A DNA stretch of 64,000 nt from Deltaproteobacteria bacterium (GTDB lineage: Bacteria > Myxococcota_A > UBA9160 > UBA4427), in contig PBFW01000009.1 in NCBI GenBank assembly GCA_002719955.1, positions 299,057 through 363,056 on the forward strand. Reading direction: 5' to 3'. The notes beneath the pieces were generated by a model. It saw only the letters and a program-made list of their open reading frames with translations, searched no databases and was not told where the DNA came from. Below are positions 17,268 through 27,300 of this stretch, piece by piece. A program made the translations under genes and the position numbers. Each line of letters starts with the position of its first letter. Positions within the stretch are counted from its first letter, which is position 1.

Positions 17268-18047
17268 TCAGAAATCCAGTGGCAATTCTAGATGCTTCTC
17301 GTAGATGAAATCCCGGTGAGTGATCAGTGCCTCGTCCAGACCGGCCGCGGTCTCCTGCGAGAGGCCGGCATAGGCCGCTCGCAAGAACTCGGGCATCGGG
17401 TTCAGCTCCGGCGGAAGCGGCCGGATCAGGGCGCAAAAAGTCGCCCAATAGACGTCGACCGCGGAGAGTGAATCGCCCACCAGATAATCGCGCCCCGCCT
17501 CTTTCTGGGCAGCGAGTTGATCCGAGAGCAGAGCGAGGACCTGCCGGACGCGTTCGTCTGCGCGCGCCGCCGCTTCGCTGCTCCAACCATAATTCTCGCC
17601 GAGCACGCGACTGCCCGCGAGCGCTGGGTTCGTGGCCGCGTCCGGGACGCTGAGCAGGGGGGAGAGCAGTTGATGGCGCCGATTCCAGGCGAGTCCGTCC
17701 TCGCTCGCGATCTCGTGGGAGAGGCCGAACATGAGCGCGCGATCGCGGGGCTCGCTCGGGATGAGTGAAGGCTCCGAGGAGAGGCGCTCGGCCAGCATCA
17801 GGATTTCTTCCCAACCGATGCGCGGGGGCTCATCGTCGTAGAGGGCCTGAGGGGCGTTGCGATGGCCGGTCCAGGCGACGAGCGCCTCGTTGGCCTCGGC
17901 CGCGGTCTGTCGGACCGGGACATATTCGATCTTCTTGACATGGAAGATCGATTTGGCGGCTTCGCTCCAGGGGCCCGGGACGCCGGTCGTGAGGGCGAGG
18001 CGGAGGCCGGGAAGCGCCCGTGCCTCTTCGGGTTCTACATAGTCCAT
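17268..18047 (-). CDS. Glutathione S-transferase-like protein
   Basis: 259 aa with a thioredoxin-like N-terminal region (LRLALTTGVPGPWSEAAKSIFHVKKIEYVPV) and a helical C-terminal domain. The family assignment rests on general resemblance only. Confidence 0.65.
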   Translation of the reverse strand: MDYVEPEEARALPGLRLALTTGVPGPWSEAAKSIFHVKKIEYVPVRQTAAEANEALVAWTGHRNAPQALYDDEPPRIGWEEILMLAERLSSEPSLIPSEPRDRALMFGLSHEIASEDGLAWNRRHQLLSPLLSVPDAATNPALAGSRVLGENYGWSSEAAARADERVRQVLALLSDQLAAQKEAGRDYLVGDSLSAVDVYWATFCALIRPLPPELNPMPEFLRAAYAGLSQETAAGLDEALITHRDFIYEKHLELPLDF

Positions 18048-18085
18048 GTCGGGTCCTCTGATCGCGTGAATCCGTCCACGCGGTG

Positions 18086-18532
18086 CTAGTGGAGTCTGTG
18101 GTCGGGGCGTCGGCTCGACAACTCGCCTTCGGCGATCAGATCGCTGGGGTCACACGCGAGGCCATCGGCGAGGAGCAGGAGCTCGTCATAGCTGATCTGC
18201 TCGGCACGTTCCTCGATCGACTGGATCAGATTCGGGGTCAGCGTCCGCCGCAGCCCACTCGCGTTGAAACAGGCCTCCTCGATCGCTGCGACGAGATCCC
18301 GCGGCGACCAACCCCGATCGTGTCGCAGACGGCGAACGGCGAGGCCGTCGAGTCGGATCAGGCGCCGGGCCTCGGAATCCGGCGCGCCCTTGCGGCGTGC
18401 TTCGGCAGTATTTTTTCGAGAGGCCCGGGGAGGCGGCGGCAATGAGTTCTCCTTGAGGACCCTCGAGTGTAGACAGCCTGCCCGGCGCGCGTCGACTTCC
18501 TTCGCGGAGCGGCGGCGGCGCGTTGGTTGCAA
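18086..18532 (-). CDS. Putative HTH (XRE-like) DNA-binding protein
   Basis: The C-terminal 90 aa (LDGLAVRRLRHDRGWSPRDLVAAIEEA...LIQSIEERAEQISYDELLLLADGLACDPSDLI) resembles an XRE-type HTH. The N-terminus is Arg-rich and the true start is unclear. Confidence 0.45.
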   Translation of the reverse strand: MQPTRRRRSAKEVDARRAGCLHSRVLKENSLPPPPRASRKNTAEARRKGAPDSEARRLIRLDGLAVRRLRHDRGWSPRDLVAAIEEACFNASGLRRTLTPNLIQSIEERAEQISYDELLLLADGLACDPSDLIAEGELSSRRPDHRLH

Positions 18533-18837
18533 GAGAGGGATCGGTCATGGCCAGCCGGAGTGGCCCGCGGACGGGACCGGTGTCCTGGGTATCCGACCGG
18601 AAGGCGTCGTAGGCGTCGGGGACGATTCGCTTGCTCGAAGGCCCGAGCAGCGTCCTCATCGCCCAGAGCTCGACCCGGATGCGAATTTCGAGCGGCGTTT
18701 ACAGCCCCAGCCTGAGATGCCATTCTGACGACCCACCTCGAAAGGAGCCGCTGATCGGTCGTTTCGAGACTCAGTGGCCGGGGACGGCCGCCTCGTCGCA
18801 GATTTGCAGACGTGAAGTGCCGAAAAGAGGATCCGAG

Positions 18838-19224
18838 ATGGATTGTCCGAAATGCAACGCTGCCATGGATGAGCAGGACCTGCGCACGCTCGAGGGGCTC
18901 GTCACCTATGACCAATGCTCGTCCTGCAAGGGCTTTTGGTTCGATACGGGCGAGGCGGAGAAATTGAAAGCTACCTGGCGGCCGGATTTCATCGACGATG
19001 GCGATCCGGAGGTGGGCAAGCAGCTCAACGCGCTCAGGGACGTGGACTGCCCCCGCTGCGGCAAGCAGATGGAGAAGATCACCGATCCCAAGCAGCGCCA
19101 TATCCAACTCGAGACCTGTAGCGAGCACGGCGTCTTCATGGACGCCGGCGAGTTCAAGGATTACAAGAACGAGACCCTGATGGATGTCTTCCGCGGTGTG
19201 GTGGCGGTGATCCGCGGAGAGTGA
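18838..19224 (+). CDS. Zinc-ribbon protein (zf-TFIIB-like, two tandem ribbons)
   Basis: Contains MDCPKCNAAM...CSSCKGFWFDTGEAEKL and a second unit, DCPRCGKQM...CSEHGVFMDAGEFKDY. ATG 18838 has a GAGGA SD. Confidence 0.75.
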   Translation: MDCPKCNAAMDEQDLRTLEGLVTYDQCSSCKGFWFDTGEAEKLKATWRPDFIDDGDPEVGKQLNALRDVDCPRCGKQMEKITDPKQRHIQLETCSEHGVFMDAGEFKDYKNETLMDVFRGVVAVIRGE

Positions 19225-19337
19225 GTCGAACGCTCGAGGCAAAGTGGATCTTCGGTGTCCCCTGGGCCGCGAGCGGATCGCCCGGTTCCGATGGGGCGCA
19301 AGACTGTAGTCTCTGATCTTACGAGAAGGGGCGTGGA

Positions 19338-21818
19338 TTGGGATCGGAGCCTTCGAGTTCGACGGGTGCGCTCGAGGGCGTCCGAGTGGTCGACGCGACC
19401 TGCGGCCGGGGGGAGCGGGCGGGTCGCCTCCTGGCGGATCTCGGTGCCGAGGTGATCCAGATCGAGCCGCCTGGCGGCGTGCCCGCGCGTCGCCTTCCGC
19501 CATTCGAGATCGGAGAGGATGGTGAGCCCGGGGGGTCGCTCTATTGGGCGGCTCATGGACTGGGCAAGCGCAGTGTCGTACTGGACGTGTTCGACGCTTC
19601 CGAAAACGGAGGGGCGGACCGCCTCCGGGCGTTCCTGCGCAGCGCCGATGTCTTCATCGAGTCCTTTGACCCCGGTGCCCTGGCGGCTGTGGGGCTCGAT
19701 CCCGCGACGGCATGCGCCGAGCATCCCGCGCTGATCTACACCTCGGTGACGCCCTTCGGCCAGGACGGACCCCTCGCCGGTGCGCCCGCCAACGACCTCT
19801 GCGTCGAGGCCGCTGGCGGTCTGCTCGGACTTCAGGGCGACGGAGACCGACCTCCGCTGCCTAACGGCTTTCCCCAGGCGTTCCTGCACGCCGGAGCCCA
19901 GGCGGCTGCTGATATCGTCGTCGCCCTCAACGAACGTCTGCGCAGCGGCAGGGGGCAACACCTCGACGTGTCCGCCCAGGCGGCCGTCGTGTGGACGCTC
20001 ATGGACGCGACGGGCTACCCACCGGTCGTCGGATGCAATCCCCCGAGTACCAGTGAGTTTCGGGCGGAGCCGAGGGCCGAAATCCTGCCCGGACTCATTT
20101 TTCGCCACCTGGTCCCGATCGCGGATGGTCACGCGCTCGTCGCCTTCGGTTTGGCCGGGCAGGGGGAGCGGACGGTTCATGCGCTGATGGGTTGGGCGCG
20201 GAGCTGCGGAGAGTTGCCCGAGGATCTCCGTCGCACCGATTGGAGCACGTGTCTGCGCGACGCCGCTTCCGGAGAGCTGCCCATCGACGAGCTGCGCCGC
20301 GCTGCCGAGGCGCTGTACGTCTTTCTGGAAAAGCGCACCGGGCGAGAGCTGCAGGCCTTCGCCGTGAAGGAGCGCATCCTCCTGGCCCCCCTCTTCGACT
20401 TGCGCGACGTCTACGAGGACGTTCAATTGGCAGCGCGCGACTATTGGACGCCGGTGGCGGGCCGCGTCCACCCGGGTCCCTTCGCGCGCTTGTCGGGGAC
20501 ACCCCTCCAAATGAACCGGGGCGCGCCGGCCTTGGGGGAGGGGCAATCCCTGCTCGACGAGCCCTGTGAGCCGCGCCCGCTTCGCCGCGCGGAGCCGACC
20601 CGCTCGACGGAGGACGGCGCGTTCGCTGGCCTCCGGGTCGCCGATTTCTCCTGGGTGGGGGTCGGCCCGATCATCGCCAAAGCGCTCGGGGATCACGGGG
20701 CAACCGTCGTGCGCGTCGAATCTCAGGCGCGCGTCGACATCACCCGTCAACTGCCCCCCTTCGTCGACGGCGTACCGAATATCGACAGGGCCCAGTTCTT
20801 CGCGAATTTCAACACTTCGAAGCTGGGGCTCGCGCTCGACCTGACGACGAGCGGAGGCCAGGAGCTGGGTCTCGAGTTGGCGAATTGGGCGGACGTGGTG
20901 CTCGAGAGTTTTACGCCCGGAACGATGAAGCGGTTTGGGCTCGATTGGGAGAGCCTCTCGGCGGAGCGCCCCGAGCTGATCATGCTCTCGACGTCTCTGC
21001 GCGGACAGGACGGACCCGAAGCGTCCTATACCGGCTTCGGCATGATGGGCTCCGCGATCGCGGGTCTGACGGGCATCACCGGCTGGCCCGATCGCCCGCC
21101 CGTCGGCCCCTGGAGCGCGTATACGGATGGTATCGCGCCGCGCTTCGGGCTGGCGGCGATGGCCTCGGCGCTCTATCACCGCACGCGAACCGGGCAGGGC
21201 CAGTTCATCGACCTTTCCCAGATCGAGGCGGCCATCCATTTTCTGGAGCCCCTGGCCCTCGACTACAGCGTCAACGGCCAAATCGCTGCGGGCCGGGGAC
21301 AGGCCTCGCCCTACGCCTGCCCACATGGCACCTACGCGACCGCGGGCCACGAACGCTATATCGCCCTCGCGGTCACTTCCGCCGAGCAATGGGACGCCCT
21401 GGAAGCCAGCACCCTTTTCGAGCCCTTTGGCGATGTCGCGCTACGCCAGCTCGGCGCGCGCATCGAGCAGCGAGCGGCGATCGAGGCCCGGCTGGCCCAG
21501 GGGTGTGCGGAGCGCGACGCTTTCGAGTTGGCCCAGGCGTTGCGCGATGCGGGCGTGCCCGCCTACGCGGTCCTGCGCCCCAGTGATCTCTATGCGGATC
21601 CCCAGCTCCTGCACCGCGAGTTCTTCGTCGTACTCGACCACACCGCGATGGGTCCCAGACCCTGCAACGGGCCGGCGACGAAATTCTCTCGCACTCCGGC
21701 GCGCCTTCGCCGCCCCGGGCCCATCCTGGGAGAGCACACCCAGCTCGTTCTCAGGGAGATCCTCGGCTTGAGCGACGAACGGATCAGCGAGTACGCGATC
21801 GCCGGCGCGCTGACCTAG
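19338..21818 (+). CDS. Family III CoA-transferase (CaiB/BaiF), tandem double-domain protein, 826 aa
   Basis: Two CoA-transferase III modules. The N-terminal half starts LEGVRVVDATCGRGERAGRLLADLGAEVIQIEPPGG. The C-terminal half starts FAGLRVADFSWVGVGPIIAKALGDHGATVVRVES. The start is TTG, so it is uncertain. Confidence 0.85.
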   Translation: MGSEPSSSTGALEGVRVVDATCGRGERAGRLLADLGAEVIQIEPPGGVPARRLPPFEIGEDGEPGGSLYWAAHGLGKRSVVLDVFDASENGGADRLRAFLRSADVFIESFDPGALAAVGLDPATACAEHPALIYTSVTPFGQDGPLAGAPANDLCVEAAGGLLGLQGDGDRPPLPNGFPQAFLHAGAQAAADIVVALNERLRSGRGQHLDVSAQAAVVWTLMDATGYPPVVGCNPPSTSEFRAEPRAEILPGLIFRHLVPIADGHALVAFGLAGQGERTVHALMGWARSCGELPEDLRRTDWSTCLRDAASGELPIDELRRAAEALYVFLEKRTGRELQAFAVKERILLAPLFDLRDVYEDVQLAARDYWTPVAGRVHPGPFARLSGTPLQMNRGAPALGEGQSLLDEPCEPRPLRRAEPTRSTEDGAFAGLRVADFSWVGVGPIIAKALGDHGATVVRVESQARVDITRQLPPFVDGVPNIDRAQFFANFNTSKLGLALDLTTSGGQELGLELANWADVVLESFTPGTMKRFGLDWESLSAERPELIMLSTSLRGQDGPEASYTGFGMMGSAIAGLTGITGWPDRPPVGPWSAYTDGIAPRFGLAAMASALYHRTRTGQGQFIDLSQIEAAIHFLEPLALDYSVNGQIAAGRGQASPYACPHGTYATAGHERYIALAVTSAEQWDALEASTLFEPFGDVALRQLGARIEQRAAIEARLAQGCAERDAFELAQALRDAGVPAYAVLRPSDLYADPQLLHREFFVVLDHTAMGPRPCNGPATKFSRTPARLRRPGPILGEHTQLVLREILGLSDERISEYAIAGALT

Positions 21819-22054
21819 GCCGAAGACTCTCGATGCTCGAGTCATTGGGGTCCCAATGGGTCGACCGGTGGATACGAAACCCGCCCGGTCGGAGGGGAGC
21901 CGCAATCTCGGGGTCGAGTCCGAGCCGCGGGTCCAGCAGAGTCCGGGCGACGAGGGGGGGTGTTGCCGCCCGCGCCACACCGCCAGCGATCGCCTCGTCT
22001 GGCCTACACTGAATGGCGGCCTCGCGCGCGGCCGACCAGGAAGGAGGAGGCCCC

Positions 22055-22927
22055 ATGAAGTTCGGAATGATCGAGTCGATGTGCGATCCCAAACACTACG
22101 TTCCGATGGTGCAGCGGCTCGAGGAACGGGGTTGGGACTTCTTCTACGTGCCCGACAGCATCTGCTATCCGAAGGAAGCCGGGTCGAAGCAATACCCCTA
22201 TCACGGGGGTCGAGAGTTTCTCGATGGCAAGCCCTTCCTCGAGCCCTTCTCGCTCGTTCCGGTGCTGGCTGCGGCCACCGAGCGTCTCGAGTTCGCAACG
22301 GATGTTCTCAAGCTCCCGATTCGTCACCCCACCTTGCTTGCGAAGCAGGTCAACACGGTGGCGGTCATGACCGAGGGTCGTTTTCGGCTGGGCGCGGGGC
22401 TCAGTCCGTGGCTCGAGGATTTCCAGGTGACGGATACGGACTGGGACACTCGTGGGCCGCGCATGGACGAGATGATCGAGATTCTGCGCGGACTCATGAG
22501 CGGAGAATATTTCGAGTACCACGGCGAGCACTACGACCTGCCGGCCATCAAGATGGCGCCGGTTCACGAGACACCGGTTCCCGTGCTGATCGGCGGGCAG
22601 TCGCACCCGGCGCTCCGACGTGCGGCACGCATCGGTGACGGTTGGATCTCCGCGGGCGGGAGCCTCGAGGATCTCGAGAGCATGCTCGGCGGGCTGCGGG
22701 GCTTCCTGAAAGAAGAAGGGCGAAGCGAGGAGGGCTACGAGATCCACGTGATGGCGCCATTCGACGCCTATACGATCGAGGGGATCCGAAGCATTCGCGA
22801 TCTCGGCGCGACCCACGTGATCCTTTCGCCGCGCAATCCATACCTCGAGCCCGATTGTCCCCTCGCCAAGAAGCTCGGTTTCATCGACGCCATGACGGAC
22901 GAACTCGTCGCGAAGGTCGGCGGATGA
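22055..22927 (+). CDS. LLM class (luciferase-like) F420-dependent oxidoreductase
   Basis: Contains MKFGMIE...LATDVLKLPIRHPTLLAKQVNTVAVMTEGRFRLGAGLSPW...PVPVLIGGQSHPALRRAARIGDGW. A GGAGGAGG SD lies before ATG 22055. Confidence 0.85.
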   Translation: MKFGMIESMCDPKHYVPMVQRLEERGWDFFYVPDSICYPKEAGSKQYPYHGGREFLDGKPFLEPFSLVPVLAAATERLEFATDVLKLPIRHPTLLAKQVNTVAVMTEGRFRLGAGLSPWLEDFQVTDTDWDTRGPRMDEMIEILRGLMSGEYFEYHGEHYDLPAIKMAPVHETPVPVLIGGQSHPALRRAARIGDGWISAGGSLEDLESMLGGLRGFLKEEGRSEEGYEIHVMAPFDAYTIEGIRSIRDLGATHVILSPRNPYLEPDCPLAKKLGFIDAMTDELVAKVGG

Positions 22928-23085
22928 GCCCCACCTCGCGAAGCTGAGCCCGGTGCGCGCGGCCGCGGCGGCGGCGAGGTCTACGAGGGCGGAGAAGCGC
23001 ACCCCTCCCCCCGCCGCGGGAGAGGCCGACGAGCGTGTCGGCCTCGAAATGAGTGCGCGTGAGGAAGGGGTTGTAGACTACGCGC

Positions 23086-23502
23086 ATGTCGATGCAGGCG
23101 GATCTGGCGATTCTGGAACGCGCGGCGGAATCGCGCGGAAAAATTCTTCGGGCCGAGGGCGATCGTGCGGGCGAGCGGCTCGGCGCGCTGGTGCTGACCT
23201 TCGATGTCGGGCGGGTTCTCGTCGTGTCCTCCGAGGAGGGGCTCGTGATCGAGCACATTTCCGACCCGGCCGGGATGCCCGATGGGCTCGCGGTGCTCGA
23301 CGACGAGGAGCCGTGGTGGCGATTGCTGGGCCAGCCGCTGACGGCGGCTTGGCCAGGGGGCGTCGAAGAGGGTGTCGGCGCGCGGGGGCTCGGTTCCCTG
23401 ATGGTGCTCAAGCTGCGTTTCCGGGAGGAATCCGAGAATCCTCGGGTGGTTCAGCTCGAGGCGACGGGCGCTTCGATCCGAGTCTCTCTCGAGGGGGTCT
23501 GA
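23086..23502 (+). CDS. Hypothetical protein (138 aa)
   Basis: The amino-acid composition is balanced and protein-like ([32 protein letters not shown]...[23 protein letters not shown]). No family recognised. Confidence 0.5.
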   Translation: MSMQADLAILERAAESRGKILRAEGDRAGERLGALVLTFDVGRVLVVSSEEGLVIEHISDPAGMPDGLAVLDDEEPWWRLLGQPLTAAWPGGVEEGVGARGLGSLMVLKLRFREESENPRVVQLEATGASIRVSLEGV

Positions 23503-23551
23503 AGCGACCGGATCCCGGGTCCGAAATCGAATCGATCGAGGAGATAATGAA

Positions 23552-23959
23552 ATGCCGAGTGAAGACAAGGTCACGCGAACCGATGAGCAATGGCGCGCGA
23601 AGCTCTCCGAGGAAGAGTTTCAGGTCGCGCGCTGTTCGGCGACCGAGCCGGCCTTCAGCGGACGCTACTGGGACGAGAAGGCTCCGGGGACCTATCATTG
23701 TGTCTGCTGCGATGCGCCGCTCTTCCGCTCCGAAGGCAAATACGATTCGGGCACGGGCTGGCCGAGTTTCTTCCAGCCGATCGACGAGGATGCGGTCGCG
23801 GAGAAGGTCGACCAGGGCCACGGAATGACTCGAACGGAATCGGTCTGTGCAAGATGTGACGCACATCTGGGTCATGTCTTTCCGGACGGACCCGCGCCCA
23901 CGGGTCTGCGCTATTGCATGAATTCCGCGTCGTTGAATCTGAAAAAAGATGATGACTAA
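23552..23959 (+). CDS. msrB: Peptide-methionine (R)-S-oxide reductase
   Basis: SelR domain: [31 protein letters not shown], and GLRYCMNS (catalytic Cys). Confidence 0.95.
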   Translation: MPSEDKVTRTDEQWRAKLSEEEFQVARCSATEPAFSGRYWDEKAPGTYHCVCCDAPLFRSEGKYDSGTGWPSFFQPIDEDAVAEKVDQGHGMTRTESVCARCDAHLGHVFPDGPAPTGLRYCMNSASLNLKKDDD

Positions 23960-23983
23960 CGGCTTTCTACATCCGCGAGCGAG

Positions 23984-24289
23984 TTGAATGGGCGAGATCC
24001 ACGCCAGACCGGTCTCGTCCGTCATTTCGAGTTCGTCCTGGCCGAGGGTGATTATGTGCGACATAAGCCCCACCCCGAGTCCTATCAGAAGGCCGCGGCC
24101 CGCCTGGGCATCGATCCCGCGCGTTGTCTCGTGGCCGAGGACACCCAGCGTGGACTCGTCTCCGCGCGGGTGGCTGGGATGGAATGCGTTGTGATCCCGA
24201 ACGCGCTCTCGAACAGGGCGACTTCTCGGGGTCGCGCACGAGACTCGAGCGCGATGCGCGAATTGCCGGGGCTATTGGGGATTGCCTGA
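23984..24289 (+). pseudogene. HAD-IA hydrolase remnant (C-terminal part only)
   Basis: Contains HFEFVLAEGDYVRHKPHPESYQKAAARLGIDPARCLVAEDTQRGLVSARVAGMECVVIPNAL, which is HAD motifs III/IV. The N-terminal DxD core, about 120 aa, is absent. The expected DFSG segment appears only in another frame (ALEQGDFSGS), which suggests internal frameshifts. Confidence 0.55.
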
Positions 24290-24326
24290 TGCGGGCTCGC
24301 GACTGTGCGCTGATTCGCCTTTTGGC

Positions 24327-27300
24327 CTACTGAAGATGAGAGCAGTCGTCGACGTATCCGAGCGCCTTGAGTCGCTGACAGGTTTCGAGATCCATCTCGA
24401 CGTCATCGCCCTCGACCGCCTGGCCTGCAGCCGCGAGTCGTTGGAGCTCGGCTAGTTCCTCGAGCTGCGCTTCGGCCTCGGGGTCGGAATAGGGATCCCT
24501 TTCACCCGGATCGCTCGAGACATCGAAATATTCCCGCTCCGCCAGGCCGCGTGGATTATTCGGGTTGGCGACGATCAGTTTTTCGTTCTCGGTGCGCAAT
24601 GACCAGAGGATATTGCCCTCGTGGTCCTCCTCGGAATAGACCTGCTGGTCCTTCTCGAGGCGGGACGCGAAGGGCGCCCGCAGGTCGACGCCCTGCATCG
24701 TGTCGGGAAGATCGACACCGGCGACCCCGAGCAGGGTCGGGCCGACGTCGATCAGTCGCGCGATTCCCGAGTTCGCGCCGCGGGCGGGGCGTTCTCCTCC
24801 CTTTGCCCATTTGATGACGAGGGGCACGTGGATCTGCTCGTCGTAGAGCGTCAGCCCATGCCAGAAACCTCCGTGTTCCGCGAACTCCTCGCCATGATCG
24901 GCGGTGAGCACGATCACGGTGTCGTCGTAGAGCCCCTCGGCGTCGAGCTTCGCGAGCAGCTTTCCGAAATTCTCATCGAGATAGTCGATCTCTCCGCGAT
25001 AGAGCTCCTGCAGACGTTCGGCCATTTCGGGCTCGGGCTCGGGCATCGAGACCCGCGCGATCCCCACGCCGTTATAGGGGTGTTCGAAATAGGGGTCGTG
25101 GGCATCCATATAGTGGAGAAAGAGGAAGAATCGCTCATCCTTGCGATCGTCGAGCCAGTCGAAGGCGACCTCGTTCACCACTTCCGAATCCTGATAGAAA
25201 TCGTTGAAGAAGGTCTCATCACCGCCGAAGAGCCCCAGTGCGAGTTGGCGTCCCAATTGGTAGACGATGAGTTTCGAACTCGACTCGGCGGCGCCGAAGA
25301 GATAGTCGGGTCCCAGGTAGTAGTAGTCGTCGTAGCCCTGGGCGAAGCCGAAGCTCTCGGCCAGGTTGACGTTCGAGACGATGCCACCGGTCGAATAGCC
25401 GGCGCTCTTCATGGCCTCGGGGATCAGGACGAGATCCTGGGAGAGCGAGGAGGGCTTGGACATGGCGTTATGCGTCGAAGGAAGGGTCGAGCTGATCAGC
25501 GAGGCGGTCGCCGGCTTCGTCCACGAGGCATGGGAGAAGCCCTGATAGATCGTGCCTCCCTCCGCCAGACGGCAGAGGTTGGGCGTCGGGGTCTCGCCGC
25601 CATAGCAGGAAAGATGATCCGCGCGCAGGGTGTCGACCATCACGAGCAGGATATTCGGTTTGGCTTCGAGGTCGGCCGAGAGGGCCCCGCCCCCCTTTCG
25701 CTCGGCGGCGGCGGGGGCCAGGGCGAGCGAGAGGAGTCCGCCGATGCCGAAGACGCCCACGACGAGCAGCGCGATCGGCGCCAGCGGCGTCGTGAGCTTT
25801 TCTGCGATCGGTTCGAGAAGCTTCTTCATGGGGCCGAGAATCACGAGCAGCAGGATCGCCGCGACGATGAGCACCCCGGCGATCACGCCGATCGGCGGCA
25901 TCTGTTCGAGATAGACGTCGCGGCGCAACCGGAAGAGCACGACGAAGAGGCCGAAGGGAATCAGACAGGCGCCGAGGCCCAGACGCGGCACCCAATGCCC
26001 GATCTCCCTCTTGTCCATCGGGAGAACGGCCAGGAAGAGTCCGCCGAGAATCGAGAGTCCGCCGAGGACGCTGGCCCACATCAACGGTCCGAACCAGAAG
26101 ATCTGGCTCTCGGTGCCCAGACCGCCGCGGTAGACGACGAACGCTTCGCCCAGACCCAGGACGATGCCCGCGGCGATGCCCGCGAGAGCGCCAGCGGAAG
26201 GCGTGCGCCAGAGCCGTTCGGCCAGCGGTGTTGCGACATCTTTGCCCGCCGTCGCATCGACATCCTCTTCCAGAGAGGCGGCCGCGCGGGCCGCTTCTTC
26301 CCAATCAACCTGAGTGCCGTCGACCCGGGAGAAGGCCGGCGTGTAGTCGTCGTTGCGGCTCCACCAGAAGACGAAGCCCAACATGGTCGGCGCTTCGGCG
26401 GCCCAGAAACCGAGGGCTGCGGAGACGATGGCCGCGGCGGGGCCGATCAACTCTCCGAGGAGCAGGTATTGCGCGGCTTCCCGGATGCCTTCGCCGGCGA
26501 TCGTGAAGGGACTGATGACGGTCGCGAAGATCTGGATCGCGGAGCCGAAGGTGATCTTCCAGAAATCAGCGCCCTCGGCACCGATCGCGAGCGCCGTGTA
26601 GTAGTACATGACGGCGGTGGTGAAATGGACGAGGAAGGAGAGGAAGAGAATCTGGAGCACGAGCGCCGGGTGGCCGCGATAGGCAGCGGCGGAGGTCGAG
26701 ATGCGCGTGACGATGCCGGTGATTCGGTCCTTGGCGGGGAGCGGGATATTCTCGAGGACCCACTGAATGAAACCCGGGAAGAGCAGCACGACCACGAGGC
26801 CAGCGATGACGCCGGCTGCGATCGGAATCGAGACCATGGCGAAGAGCATCGCGTTGTCGCCGAAGATGCCGATGCCGAAGGGCAGGGCGACCAGGAAGGT
26901 CATGAAGACGCCCGAGAAGCCGCAGACCTTCTCGACGAATTTTGCAGCGGTGACTTCGACCGTCTTGCCGCTGAATCGCGCGGCGTCGAAGAGGGTGTAG
27001 CCGTCGAGGCCGGCGGTGCTGGGGAGGAAGGTGCCGATCGCGCGTCCGATCAGGAAGGATCCGAAGATGTGCTTGAAGGGCAGCTCGATTCCCTGCCCCC
27101 GCAGCATCAGCTGCCAGCGGTACATCGAGGAGACCATGCCGATCGCCTTGATTCCGGTCGCCATGCCGACGAAGAGCCAGAATGTGGCGGCGTCGATTCC
27201 CGCGAGCTGATCTCGGATCAGCTGAAGAGCGATCACGCTCTCGCCGGGCTCGACCTCGATCGGATGGGTGAGCAGCGCCCAGAAGCAGAGCACCGTGAAC

